From Bacillota bacterium (lineage in GTDB: Bacteria > Bacillota > UBA4882 > UBA8346), in assembly GCA_036564195.1 (NCBI GenBank), contig DATCLA010000234.1, positions 1-51,802 on the forward strand: 51,802 bases of DNA, in the 5' to 3' direction. The position numbers and the translations under genes are program-made. The notes beneath the pieces were generated by a model, which was not told where the DNA came from, searched no databases, and saw only the letters and a list, made by a program, of their open reading frames with translations. Of the stretch, positions 1 through 10,500 are shown one piece after another. The stretch's first letter is position 1; the number at the start of each line of letters is the position of its first letter.

Positions 1-1
1 C

Positions 2-3000
2 CTGCAGGCCGGTAAAGAGGGCGTATACGTCAATCTGAATTCCGGCGCGGTGATTGGTAAGATCATCTCCGGGGACAGTGCCAATGGTTTCGGCGATGTG
101 GTCATCAGCGCCGATGGGTCGCTGATTCCCCTTGCGGTGGCGGCCGGCGACGCCAACGTGACCGGATCGAATATTACGATCGATACGGCCATGGGGAGTA
201 TCGGATCTTTAGTAAACCCATTCGTGATCAGCGCCAATCAAAGTTCACTGGCCAACGGTGGTACGAGCGGCGGCGTGGTTAATCTCAGCGCTCCGATGGA
301 TATCGGCGTTACTCAGATTGCCGGTGATCTGTTAGTGGATCAGATTAAATCGACCGCGGATGGGAATATCCTGATTAATGTACCCAACGGTAACATTTAT
401 AACGCCAGCGGACAAACGGCCGCTCAGGCCCTCAGCCGTGATCAGGCGGAAAAAGTTTGGCGGACGCTGGGTCTGACCGAAGCCGACGGGGCGGAAACCG
501 GGAAAGCAACCGACGCGACGGTTGTCAAATTCGAGTCGTTGGTGGATTGGTACTATAACCAATACTGGCAATTACGCAATCTAGGCACCGTCGCTTCCGA
601 TGGAACGTTAACTTTAAGCGATGCTGGCGTTCAGATGATGACAGCTCAGGCAGCCGCGGCGTTGAATATTCCAAACCCGACTGCGGATCAAGTCCGGACT
701 TATGCTAATCAACTTTACCAGAGCGATTGCAATTTCTTGAGTATCGTGGCGGCCGGCGGAGTGCCCAATGCCAGTCCGGATCGAGCGGGCAATGTCGTGA
801 CTCCGGTAAACTTAAATGAGATTAGCGATTATACGACTTACAATAAGGACTTCCACTATACTGCCACGTCCGAACAGATTAGCGCTTTAACCGCTAATGC
901 CGTTTGGACGGTGGATGAATTGACCGCGGCCATCAGCCGGACGGCGTTATTACCGTCGTCGAGCACCCCGGTGGGGAACACGACGCCGAATATTGTCGGA
1001 CGGGATGTGACCATTAATACAGGTAATGCCATCGGCAAATTGGTTGATCCGGTTGCCATCAGTCTGACGGATTTTCAAAATAAAACCCTAACTGATGGGC
1101 AAAAAGCTGCTTTGGCCCTGGCTAAAAGTCCTGGAGACGTAGTAGGTATCGGCACGGATTCTGAGGGCAAGATAGTTACCTTTAGCTTTGAGGTTGTTGA
1201 TGGAAAATTGACCGTGCCGGAAGGGTACACCTTGACCGGACTGCAATTATCACAAACTGCGCCGGTTTATGTGGATGCCACCGGTAAAATCAAGGCTAGT
1301 GCCAGTCAGAAGGGGAGAAAGGACGCTGTATATTTACAGGCCAGCGGTGTCAGCCAGAATTTCGTGATCGACCAGATTACAACTGGCGGTGACATTTATT
1401 TGACAGCGCCTCAGAATATTACCGTGGCGGTCAATAATAACGGAGATCTGCTCTCGACCTATCAACTTCAAGGTGACAATATCAGGTTGGTCTCCGGCAG
1501 CGGCAATATCGGTTCGGCAGAGACACCCTTGATCTATCAAGCCGACGGTGCCTTGATTTTGGCAACCGCGGGACAGGATATTTACTTAAAGAACGCCAAC
1601 GGCGACATGAAGATCGGGGGCGTGGCTGCGGGCGGCACAGCTTGGCTCGAGTCGGAGAGCGGTTCGATCTTACCGCTGTATTCAAGCGGAGTGGCTGTCC
1701 AAGGTGACAATATTTATTTACAAGCGGACAACAATATCGGCTCAAGCACTAATCCTTTGACGGTGCAACTTAGTGGCAACGGCACTTTGAGTGGTCAAGC
1801 GGGCGGCGCTATCACGCTTGCCAGTCCCAGTGGAACATTAGCTTTGACGATTACCGATTTGACGGCTGAAAACGATATTTGGCTGGACGGTGAAGCCGAT
1901 ATAATATTAAAAAATGCGATCACCGCAAATAACGGATCAATTATCATTAACGCCTTGAAGAACGTGACTATTTCCGGGACGGTGCAAACGAGTAATTCAT
2001 TAGATTCAGTGACTATTTACGGGGCCACGATTACCGAAGGTGGCGCTGGGTTAATTCGCACTGCCCAGTTAACTGCTCTTAGCAGTAACGGTCAGACGCT
2101 CATCGGCACCAATGCAGTTGACAGCTTCAACGCTACCAATAGTAATGGCGGTGATATCTTATTTAATAACACCGCCGGTACGTTAACGCTGACCGGAATC
2201 AGCCAGGAAAATGGCGGCAATGTTGCAATTAACAATACGGGTGCCATTGCAGTAACCGGAACCGTGGCTACGACCGGCAATGTTAATTTGACGGCCTCAG
2301 AAGCGATTACCGAGTCGAGCAGTGGTCAGATTATCGATGCCGCGTTACTAACTACTCAGTCCAAAGGCGGTCAAAGCTTAACCGGAGCGAATACGGTGAA
2401 TGCCTTCAATGCGACCAACGCTGGTGGCGGGAACATTGAATTAACCAACACTGATGAGGCGTTGAAGCTGATCGCTATCAGCCAGACAGACGGAGGCAAT
2501 GTAACCTTGAATAATACCGGCACCATTGCAGTAACCGGGACAGTGGCTACTACCGGTAATGTCAATTTGATAGCTTCGGAAACGATCACCGAGTCCGGTG
2601 CGGGAAGGGTTATAAACGCCGCAGTGTTAACCACTCAATCTACCGGCGGTCAGACCTTGACCGGAGCGAATACGGTGAAGGCCTTCAATGCGACTAACTC
2701 CGGGAGTGGCGAGATCCAATTAATCAATAGCGCCGCTGAGTTGGCGCTGACCGGCATCAGCCAGAAAGATGGCGGCAATGTCGTAATTAACAATACGGGT
2801 GCCATTGCAGTAACCGGAACCGTGGCTACGACCGGCAATGTCAATTTGACGGCCTCAGAAGCGATTACCGAGTCGAGCAGTGGTCAGATTATCGATGCCG
2901 CGTTACTGACTACTCAATCTACCGGCGGCCAGACCTTAACCGGAGCGAATATGGTGAATGCCTTCAATGCGACCAATACCGGTGGCGGAGACATTAAATT

Positions 3001-4093
3001 AATCAATACAGCTGAGGCGCTGAACATTGAGGATATTCGGCAGACGGCGGGCGGTAATGTTACGGTGAACAATACCGGGGACATCAACGTCAAGACAGTT
3101 ACGGTAGCCGCCGGAAATATCAACTTGACCGCGTCGGAGTCGATTTTCAACCGGCTGGGAAATACTGATGTTAATATAACTGCGAATACTATTAATTTGA
3201 AGGCCGAGAATGGCCAAATCGGGGAAGAGAGCATCCGTTTAAGGGTATATGCAAAGGAGACAGTGAATGCGGCAGCCGCAGGTGATGTTTATCTGGAAGG
3301 TTGCAACGGAGACCTGGTATCATATTCGATGAGCAGTCAAAACGGGTTCGTTGATTTGATCACCGCTAACGGCAACATTATAATTGACAAGGTTAACGCG
3401 CCGCGGTTAAGCTTCACTCTGAGCCGTCCGGGCGATACACTGCAGCTTGATACTATTAATGTTATCGACAGTATCAACGTTAAGGCGGATAATATCCAAT
3501 TCGGGCAGATGATCCATAGCGGTTCATCACCGTTGCATCTATCCATCAGCGGCGGCAGCAAGGAAATGGCGGATTATGTAACCATCAACATCACTTCCGA
3601 GTTGGGAGCCGTATTTGATAAACTCCATACGGATCAGGGACGGATTAATGCGCAAACCGACAATCTGGACTTTTATAATACCGTTGTCGGTGACCGGGTG
3701 GAATTTTATAATAAATATTATGCGGTGCTTGCCGATAATAACTATGTAAGACTGGAAGATTTCGACGCGCAGCCCTATCCGGAAAACACGCCGTTCTATC
3801 TTTCCTTAAGAAGTGACCGGCTCATTTTAACCGATGCCTATATTGTGAATTATGATCCGGATTTCATTATCAATCGGCCGGACATTCGGAACAGCTTTGT
3901 CCGTGAGGCAATGATGAATCTGCCGATGGTAGCAAGCTCGGCTATTGAACAAATACCTAACCATTTATTAACCTCTGCTAGCGTAAATGGATCGGAAAAC
4001 TACATTGTTTTTGCTCCCGGTAATCTTGAAATCGGGAATGACACCGACCAAAACGGTCAAGTAATAATCGATCAGGAAATTGTTACAGAATAA
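2..4093 (+). CDS. Large secreted beta-helical repeat exoprotein, TpsA / filamentous-haemagglutinin-like (5' end outside the window)
   Basis: The frame is open from nt 2, with no stop upstream of the track's GTG at 50, so the CDS is truncated by the window edge. It is over 1347 aa and G/N/T/A/I-rich. It has recurring short rungs (GNINL, GDNIYL, DIYL) typical of right-handed beta-helix adhesins, plus four 93-aa tandem units. A ShlB/FhaC-type transporter gene starts 75 nt downstream. The diagnostic N-terminal TPS domain would lie outside the window. Confidence 0.7.
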   Translation: MQAGKEGVYVNLNSGAVIGKIISGDSANGFGDVVISADGSLIPLAVAAGDANVTGSNITIDTAMGSIGSLVNPFVISANQSSLANGGTSGGVVNLSAPMDIGVTQIAGDLLVDQIKSTADGNILINVPNGNIYNASGQTAAQALSRDQAEKVWRTLGLTEADGAETGKATDATVVKFESLVDWYYNQYWQLRNLGTVASDGTLTLSDAGVQMMTAQAAAALNIPNPTADQVRTYANQLYQSDCNFLSIVAAGGVPNASPDRAGNVVTPVNLNEISDYTTYNKDFHYTATSEQISALTANAVWTVDELTAAISRTALLPSSSTPVGNTTPNIVGRDVTINTGNAIGKLVDPVAISLTDFQNKTLTDGQKAALALAKSPGDVVGIGTDSEGKIVTFSFEVVDGKLTVPEGYTLTGLQLSQTAPVYVDATGKIKASASQKGRKDAVYLQASGVSQNFVIDQITTGGDIYLTAPQNITVAVNNNGDLLSTYQLQGDNIRLVSGSGNIGSAETPLIYQADGALILATAGQDIYLKNANGDMKIGGVAAGGTAWLESESGSILPLYSSGVAVQGDNIYLQADNNIGSSTNPLTVQLSGNGTLSGQAGGAITLASPSGTLALTITDLTAENDIWLDGEADIILKNAITANNGSIIINALKNVTISGTVQTSNSLDSVTIYGATITEGGAGLIRTAQLTALSSNGQTLIGTNAVDSFNATNSNGGDILFNNTAGTLTLTGISQENGGNVAINNTGAIAVTGTVATTGNVNLTASEAITESSSGQIIDAALLTTQSKGGQSLTGANTVNAFNATNAGGGNIELTNTDEALKLIAISQTDGGNVTLNNTGTIAVTGTVATTGNVNLIASETITESGAGRVINAAVLTTQSTGGQTLTGANTVKAFNATNSGSGEIQLINSAAELALTGISQKDGGNVVINNTGAIAVTGTVATTGNVNLTASEAITESSSGQIIDAALLTTQSTGGQTLTGANMVNAFNATNTGGGDIKLINTAEALNIEDIRQTAGGNVTVNNTGDINVKTVTVAAGNINLTASESIFNRLGNTDVNITANTINLKAENGQIGEESIRLRVYAKETVNAAAAGDVYLEGCNGDLVSYSMSSQNGFVDLITANGNIIIDKVNAPRLSFTLSRPGDTLQLDTINVIDSINVKADNIQFGQMIHSGSSPLHLSISGGSKEMADYVTINITSELGAVFDKLHTDQGRINAQTDNLDFYNTVVGDRVEFYNKYYAVLADNNYVRLEDFDAQPYPENTPFYLSLRSDRLILTDAYIVNYDPDFIINRPDIRNSFVREAMMNLPMVASSAIEQIPNHLLTSASVNGSENYIVFAPGNLEIGNDTDQNGQVIIDQEIVTE
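2059..3150 (+). repeat. In-frame tandem repeat, period 279 bp (93 aa), about 4 units, inside the exoprotein gene
   Basis: Units begin near 2062, 2341, 2620 and 2899 (protein: LLTTQSxGGQxLTGANTVxAFNATNxGGGxIxLxNT...NNTGAIAVTGTVATTGNVNLTASEAITES). Alternate units are nearly identical at nucleotide level. About 128 nt starting at 2227 match about 128 nt starting at 2785 (offset 558 = 2 x 279), with 2 mismatches by eye. Confidence 0.9.
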
Positions 4094-4167
4094 TATGGGG
4101 TATAAAAGTTACATGGAGCTGTACTTCTTCATTGGCTTTACAATATTTGAAGGGCGGAAGGTAATAA

Positions 4168-5829
4168 ATGGTTAAAAAAACGTTAGTTCTTATCATCCTC
4201 ATCCTGGGATTAAGTAGGGTAAATACCATGGCGGCTGAGATTGATCCAGCCGCCGCTAATCCCGGAAACATAAGGCAATCAGTAGAAAACCGGGACTATT
4301 TTCGGCTGGAAAAAGAATTACAAGAGCAAAAGACACCGCAAGAAGAGAGCAATGTCACCGATAAGACGACCAAGCAAGAAGCAACAACGTCTGCCACCAA
4401 AGCACAGCTTTTTGTCAAAAAAATCGGTACTGATGTATCGGAGATATTATCCGAAACGGAGATTGCCGCAGTCACCGCTAAATATGAAGGTCGGTCGGTC
4501 GATATTCAAGACCTTTATCATATGCTGCAAGAGCTTAATGACTTATATATTCAAAAGGGGTTCATTACCGCGAAAGCGATTCTGCCGCCGCAAAAAGTTA
4601 CTGATGGCATAGTTCATGTTAAGTTGGTGGAGGCGCATTTTGGTCAACTTTTATTGGAAGGAAACGAACACACCCGAGACGCGTATATTTTGAAGCGCTT
4701 TTCCCAGCAGAGCGGAGATCTTGTTAATATTAGCACTTTGGAAAAAGAGATCTTTTACTTTAACCGGACCAATGATATTCAACTAAAGGCCGAGTTGAAG
4801 CCCGGTCAAGAGTTCGGGCAGACTGACTGCGTGTTAAAAGTGGTGGAGCCGTCTAATATCCAGGCGACATTATTTAGCGATAATGGAGGCTCCGCCAATA
4901 CCGGCAGGTATCGGCTGGGCCTGTCGTGGGTAAATAATAGTCTTACGGGTAATCGTGATTTTTTGATGATCAGCCCGGTAGGGACTGAAGGAACCTGGGC
5001 CGGATCAGTATTGTATAACCGGCCGATTACCAGGAAAGGGACTTCTTTGGGTTTTAGTTATTCCAAGAACCAGAGCAGCGTAATCTCGGGACCTTTTGAC
5101 AGCCTGGATATTAAGTCGGAGGAAACCGATAGCGGTATTAACCTAAACTACCCGCTGCGGGTAAAACCGAACTTTAAAGCTGATGGGATTGCATCGTTTT
5201 TTAATAAAAAGGCCAAAACGAATTTTTCCGGTAGTACTTTAATTGATTATCAAGTTCAGACTTTTTCGTTGGGCCTGACTTTTCAAAACATTGATCCAGC
5301 CGGCTTCTGGTATCACCGTTACGAATTAACCCGGGGCGATTCGGATATCGGCGACGCTTTTTACCGGTTTAATCTTACGGCGGTGCGGCAGCAAAAGATT
5401 AAAAAGGATGGATTGCTGATTTACCGGGCTACCGGACAATTGAGCAATAATAATCTGCTTCCTACAACGGAACAGTTTAGTATTGGCGGAATAAATACCG
5501 TAAGAGGGTATACCACGGGGATCCTAAGTGGGGATCAAGGATACAATCTTAGTATCGAATATGACTTTCCGCTTAAGTTTTCTCAGCAAGTGAAAGGATT
5601 TGCCTTCATTGATCACGGCGGCGCATTCCCTTATAAAGGGAATAACCAGGGTTCTTCAAGCGAAGACTATTTGACTAGTATCGGTTGTGGATTGAACTTG
5701 TATAATTTAAATAATTTATCAGGAAAGCTGGTGCTCGGAATGCCGATCGACTCATCGAAAAGTGGTTTACAAATTGATTTTTATCTGCAGCGGTCTTTAC
5801 CAATCGGCCGGCGGGAAAAGGATAAATAA
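4168..5829 (+). CDS. ShlB/FhaC/HecB-family two-partner-secretion outer-membrane transporter (TpsB, Omp85 superfamily)
   Basis: 553 aa. It has a signal peptide (MVKKTLVLIILILGLSRVNTMA) and a POTRA-like segment (ILSETEIAAVTAKYEGRSVDIQDLYHMLQELNDLYIQKGFITAKAILPPQKVTDGIVHVKLVEA). A long C-terminal region has the alternating pattern of beta-barrel strands. It carries the conserved Omp85/TpsB loop-6 motif NTVRGY. RBS GGAAGG precedes the ATG. Confidence 0.85.
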   Translation: MVKKTLVLIILILGLSRVNTMAAEIDPAAANPGNIRQSVENRDYFRLEKELQEQKTPQEESNVTDKTTKQEATTSATKAQLFVKKIGTDVSEILSETEIAAVTAKYEGRSVDIQDLYHMLQELNDLYIQKGFITAKAILPPQKVTDGIVHVKLVEAHFGQLLLEGNEHTRDAYILKRFSQQSGDLVNISTLEKEIFYFNRTNDIQLKAELKPGQEFGQTDCVLKVVEPSNIQATLFSDNGGSANTGRYRLGLSWVNNSLTGNRDFLMISPVGTEGTWAGSVLYNRPITRKGTSLGFSYSKNQSSVISGPFDSLDIKSEETDSGINLNYPLRVKPNFKADGIASFFNKKAKTNFSGSTLIDYQVQTFSLGLTFQNIDPAGFWYHRYELTRGDSDIGDAFYRFNLTAVRQQKIKKDGLLIYRATGQLSNNNLLPTTEQFSIGGINTVRGYTTGILSGDQGYNLSIEYDFPLKFSQQVKGFAFIDHGGAFPYKGNNQGSSSEDYLTSIGCGLNLYNLNNLSGKLVLGMPIDSSKSGLQIDFYLQRSLPIGRREKDK

Positions 5830-5855
5830 ATCTTAAATAAAAAGGAGAAAAGAGA

Positions 5856-6164
5856 ATGAATCACGAGATTTTTGCCGACGCGGTCAGCGCCATTCATGTT
5901 AACGGCAACATAGTGCGAATTGATCTGATGACCCGCGAACCGCAACTGAAAAGTAATAACGGTCAACCGGTCTTTGATATCAGTCGACGGTTGATTATGC
6001 CGTTAGAAGGATTCGTCCAATCCTTTGCGGTTCAGGAAGATATCATCAACAAGCTGCTTGCCGCCGGTGTATTAAAAAGAGGCACCAAACCGCAGATAGC
6101 GGCGAATTCCCAAGCGGAACCAAACCAATCCGAACAACCAAAAAATGAAGAGAAAGAAGGTTAA
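5856..6164 (+). CDS. Hypothetical small protein (102 aa), no family recognised
   Basis: A strong RBS (AAGGAG) sits 8 nt upstream of the ATG. The gene is tightly packed between the TpsB and skp genes on the same strand. The first ~75 aa look ordered and are followed by a low-complexity Q/P/E/K-rich tail. Confidence 0.55.
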   Translation: MNHEIFADAVSAIHVNGNIVRIDLMTREPQLKSNNGQPVFDISRRLIMPLEGFVQSFAVQEDIINKLLAAGVLKRGTKPQIAANSQAEPNQSEQPKNEEKEG

Positions 6165-6630
6165 TCCTGTGACATTAGTTGGCAAAAAGACCAGAGAATT
6201 ATTATCAGCAGTGTTAGTTATTTTAGGCGGAGTTATTGGAACGGCTGTTATTCAGCCCCAAGCAGCGTATGCCGCCCAAGTGCCGTCTCAGATCGGTATT
6301 GTAGACTATGTGTACCTGATCGATCATCATCCGGATACGGCAAAAGCCAACGAGGCGTTGCAGGCCGCACGGGATGCGGCGCAAAAGGAATATAATGAAA
6401 AGTCGATTGTTTTAAATGATAAAGGAAAACAGGCGCTTCAGAATGAGTTGAATCAGAAGGTGGAGCAGAAACGGCTGGAACTCTTAAAGCCGATCACCGA
6501 GAAGGTTAATGCGGCGATTAAGGAAGTCGCTCAATCTAAAAAGCTGATAGCGGTGGCGTATAAAAATACCTTTGTCTACGGTGGGGTGGACATTACGCAA
6601 GAAGTAGCCGCTAAGTTGGGAGAAAAATAG
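6145..6630 (+). CDS. skp: OmpH/Skp-family periplasmic chaperone
   Basis: 161 aa. It has an N-terminal signal/anchor (LLSAVLVILGGVIGTAVIQPQAAYA) and a long K/E/Q/L-rich coiled-coil arm (KEYNEKSIVLNDKGKQALQNELNQKVEQKRLELLKPITEKVNAAIKEVA). The C-terminal tail is Skp-like (IAVAYKNTFVYGGVDITQEVAAKL). It overlaps the previous ORF by 20 nt. Confidence 0.8.
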   Translation: MKRKKVNPVTLVGKKTRELLSAVLVILGGVIGTAVIQPQAAYAAQVPSQIGIVDYVYLIDHHPDTAKANEALQAARDAAQKEYNEKSIVLNDKGKQALQNELNQKVEQKRLELLKPITEKVNAAIKEVAQSKKLIAVAYKNTFVYGGVDITQEVAAKLGEK

Positions 6631-6929
6631 GTTCACAGTCAAAAAATCGGGACATCCCCAATGTCCGCACCGTTCACCGAGAGGCAGGTTCTTAGGAATA
6701 GCTGCCTCAATTGTTATTGAGACAGCTCATCCTAGTCGATTTCCCTTTTAATCAGTTAATTTCATCAAAAAAATCTGCTATTTTCCATAGCTGGAGCTTA
6801 TAACCGTACAATAAATTAAATTCCCATTGTTTATCATTAGCCTATATGGCAATTATTATCATATGAGTAATCGGCAAACTTATCGAAAGGGGACGCCAAC
6901 CAATTGGTCTAAAAAAGTTTGAGGTTCAG

Positions 6930-6959
6930 GACTGCCAGGTTTGCAATATTCTGGCAGTC
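6930..6959 (+). terminator. Orphan stem-loop (9-bp perfect stem) in a gene-less stretch
   Basis: GACTGCCAG (6930-6938), a 12-nt loop, then CTGGCAGTC (6951-6959), followed by TACTTTTGT. No intact ORF ends just upstream. Confidence 0.4.
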
Positions 6960-7256
6960 TACTTTTGTGGGCATAACAGCAGATCCTTCGTTTTTAAAAG
7001 GTATGATGCTTCGCAGTCAATTTTGTCAAGGCTCTCACAACGCCGAGCTAGGAAGAACAACGGTTTAAAGTTGCTATTGCTTTGAAACTTCCGGAAACCG
7101 CCAGATCACTGAATTAAGCTTTATTGGTTAGCTAAAACTTGTACTAAAGAATTTGCGGGGCAATGAGACTTATTTTATTGCCATTTTCGACACTTTTGAC
7201 CCGATACGAGGAGAAAGTATCACAAGTAAGTCCACCGATAGAGGAGGATGGGGTAG

Positions 7257-7313
7257 GGCGTATCTTCATATATCACTGGTGAAGTAATAAATGTGGGAGG
7301 TGGAATGGTTTGA
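7257..7313 (+). pseudogene. C-terminal remnant of a short-chain dehydrogenase/reductase (SDR, FabG-like) gene
   Basis: Translation of 7257-7310 gives GVSSYITGEVINVGGGMV followed by a stop. This matches the near-universal classical SDR C-terminus (..ASYITGxxxxVxGGM..). An in-frame TAG at 7254 and further stops upstream show the rest of the gene is gone. Confidence 0.45.
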
Positions 7314-7541
7314 TAAACCGGTTGTATTTCTCGAAGCAATAACCGTTTAAAACTCCCGGAACTAAAGAAACTTTTATATGCATTCCGGAAATTAAATCGC
7401 GCCTAAAATGGTAAAATAGAAGATGTCTTTTTGTAAAAATCTTGGTTAACAAATTGGCTAAAAAACTTTAACAGCAGGAATTGTTGGTAAAAAAGCGAAT
7501 ACTCTACAGAATTTTATACCGATGTGGAAAGGATTTGTTAA

Positions 7542-10500
7542 ATGCCGAAACGTACAGATATTAATAAAGTAATGATTATTGGTTCCGGACCGATTATTAT
7601 CGGTCAGGCCTGTGAGTTTGACTATTCGGGAACTCAGGCCTGTAAAGCCCTGCGTAAGCTGGGATACCAGATCGTCTTGGTAAACTCAAACCCGGCTACC
7701 ATTATGACTGATCCCGGTATGGCTGATGTTACTTATATCGAACCCCTGAATGTGAAACGGTTGACCGAGATTATTGCCCAGGAGCGGCCCGATGCGTTAC
7801 TGCCGAATCTGGGCGGCCAGTCAGCCCTGAACCTCTGCGCCGAGCTTAACCAGGCCGGAGTCCTGAAACAATATGGGGTCAAAGTGATCGGAGTGGAACT
7901 TGATGCAATTGAACGCGGTGAAGACCGGATTGCTTTCAAGGAAACCATGAACCGGCTGGGTATACCGATACCCAAAAGCCAACCGGCGTACAGCGTTGAG
8001 GAAGCGGAACGGATCGCCGCGGAACTGGGCTATCCGGTAGTGATCCGGCCCGCTTATACCATGGGCGGCACCGGCGGTGGACTGGTATACAATGTCGAAG
8101 AGTTACGCCTGGTGGCCAGCAGAGGGATTGCTGCCAGTATGGTAGGCCAGATTTTAGTGGAAGAAGCGGTAATCGGCTGGGAAGAACTTGAGCTCGAAGT
8201 GGTACGGGACGCCAAAAATCAGATGATTACCGTCTGTTTTATTGAAAACGTGGACCCTATGGGCGTTCATACCGGAGATTCGTTCTGTGTGGCACCGATG
8301 TTAACCATCAGCCGGGAAGTACAACAGCGGCTGCAACAATACGCCTATGCGATCGTCGAAGCGATCCAGGTGATTGGTGGGACTAATGTCCAGTTTGCCC
8401 ATGACCCGGTCAGCGACAGGATTGTGGTGATTGAGATTAACCCTCGGACTTCCCGCTCCTCGGCCTTGGCCTCCAAGGCAACGGGCTTCCCAATCGCGAT
8501 GGTCTCGGCACTGCTGGCAGCCGGCTTAACCCTGGATGAAATCCCTTATTGGCGGGAGGGGACCCTGGATAAATATACGCCCTGCGGTGATTATGTAGTA
8601 GTCAAATTTGCCCGTTGGGCCTTTGAAAAGTTTAAAGGTGCCATCGATAAATTGGGTACTCAGATGCGGGCGGTCGGCGAGGTCATGAGTATCGGCAAAA
8701 ATTATAAAGAAGCGTTGCAAAAGGCAATCCGCTCCCTGGAGACCGGCCGTTACGGATTGGGATTTGTTAAAGACTTTCACCGGCGCTCTTTGGCGGAATT
8801 AATTGAGTTACTACGGGATCCTTCCAGTGAACGGCATTTTATTATGTACGAAGCCCTGCGTCAGGGTGCCACGGTTGAAGAGTTGCACCGGATTACCCAT
8901 GTTAAGCAGTGGTTTATTGAGCAAATGCAGGAATTGGTCCAGCTGGAGGGGGAGATCTTAAAATATAAAGGGAGTAGCCTGCCGGATGAGTTATTCCGCC
9001 GGGCCAAAGAGGACGGCTTTTCCGACCGTTATCTGGCCCAACTTTTGGATCTGCCCGAGTCGGAACTGCGCAGTCGGCGTACTGCTTTAGGAATTACCAA
9101 GCGGTGGGAGGCGATTCCGGTTAGCGGAGTTACCGATGCAGCCTATTATTATTCAACTTATCAGAGTAATAATACCCCGGACCATAGCATTACCCCCAGT
9201 AAACGGCGAAAAGTGATGATCCTAGGTGGCGGGCCCAACCGGATCGGCCAGGGAATCGAATTTGACTATTGTTGTGTGCATGCCGCCTTTGCCCTGCGGG
9301 AACTCGGGTTGGAGACAATTATGGTAAATTGTAACCCGGAGACGGTCTCTACTGACTATGACACCTCCGACAAACTATACTTTGAGCCACTGACGGTGGA
9401 GGAGGTGTTGAGCATTTATGAGAGAGAAAATCCGGAAGGGGTAATCGTCCAATTCGGAGGGCAGACACCTTTAAATATCGCGGCGGAACTGGCCCGGGAG
9501 GGAGTGCGGATCCTGGGAACCTCGCCGGAAACCATTGATCTGGCTGAAGACAGAGACCGCTTCCGGATCATGATGGACAAGTTGGGGATTCCCATGCCGG
9601 AGTCGGGAATGGCGGTCAATGTGGACCAAGCCCTGGAGGTGGCGGCACGAATCGGTTATCCGGTGATGGTGCGTCCTTCGTATGTATTGGGTGGACGGGG
9701 AATGGAGGTAGTTTATGACGCGGATAAATTGCGTGAATATATGGCGGCGGCGGTCAATGTAACACCGGAGCGGCCCATTTTAATCGATAAGTTCCTGGAA
9801 AACGCCATTGAGGCCGAAGCCGACGCCCTTGCCGACGTCACCGGGGCGTACGTCCCGGCGGTAATGGAACATATTGAACTGGCCGGAATTCACTCCGGAG
9901 ATTCGGCTTGTGTGATCCCGCCGATTACTATTCCGGAACGGCATTTAGCCACCATCGAAGCATATACCCGTACCATCGCTCGGGAGTTAAAGGTGGTCGG
10001 CTTGATAAATGTCCAATATGCCATTGCTAACGACCGGGTTTATGTGCTTGAGGCTAATCCCCGGGCGTCCCGGACTGTCCCGCTGGTCTCCAAAATTGCC
10101 AATGTTTCCATGGCCTGGGTTGCTACTGAATTGATGCTGGGCGGGTTGACAGTGCGGGATGCCGGCTTTGAACGGCGGAAGATTCCTTATTATGGCGTCA
10201 AAGAGGCGGTTTTCCCCTTTAATATGTTGCCGGAGGTGGACCCGGTCTTAGGTCCGGAGATGCGTTCCACTGGCGAGGTGTTGGGTCTGGCGGACTCCTT
10301 TGGCCTGGCTTTCTTTAAAGCCGAGGAAGCGACCCAGGTCCCGCTGCCGGTTTCCGGGGCGGCGCTGATCAGTGTCGCTGAAAAAGGCCCGGCGGTCTTG
10401 GAAATTGCCAGGGAATTGGCGGAACTGGGTTTTACGCTTAAAGCCACTCGGGGGACCCATCAGTTCCTAACCGAGTCTGGAATCAGTGCGGAACTGGTGC

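Noticed and set aside
6681-6708. A stem-loop GAGGCAG-N14-CTGCCTC preceded by CCGAGAGGCA was considered as a PyrR-binding attenuator for carB.
   Set aside because: It lies more than 800 nt upstream of carB and directly after skp. It matches the PyrR loop consensus only loosely. No anti-terminator/terminator pair is evident. It is more likely a weak skp 3' hairpin.
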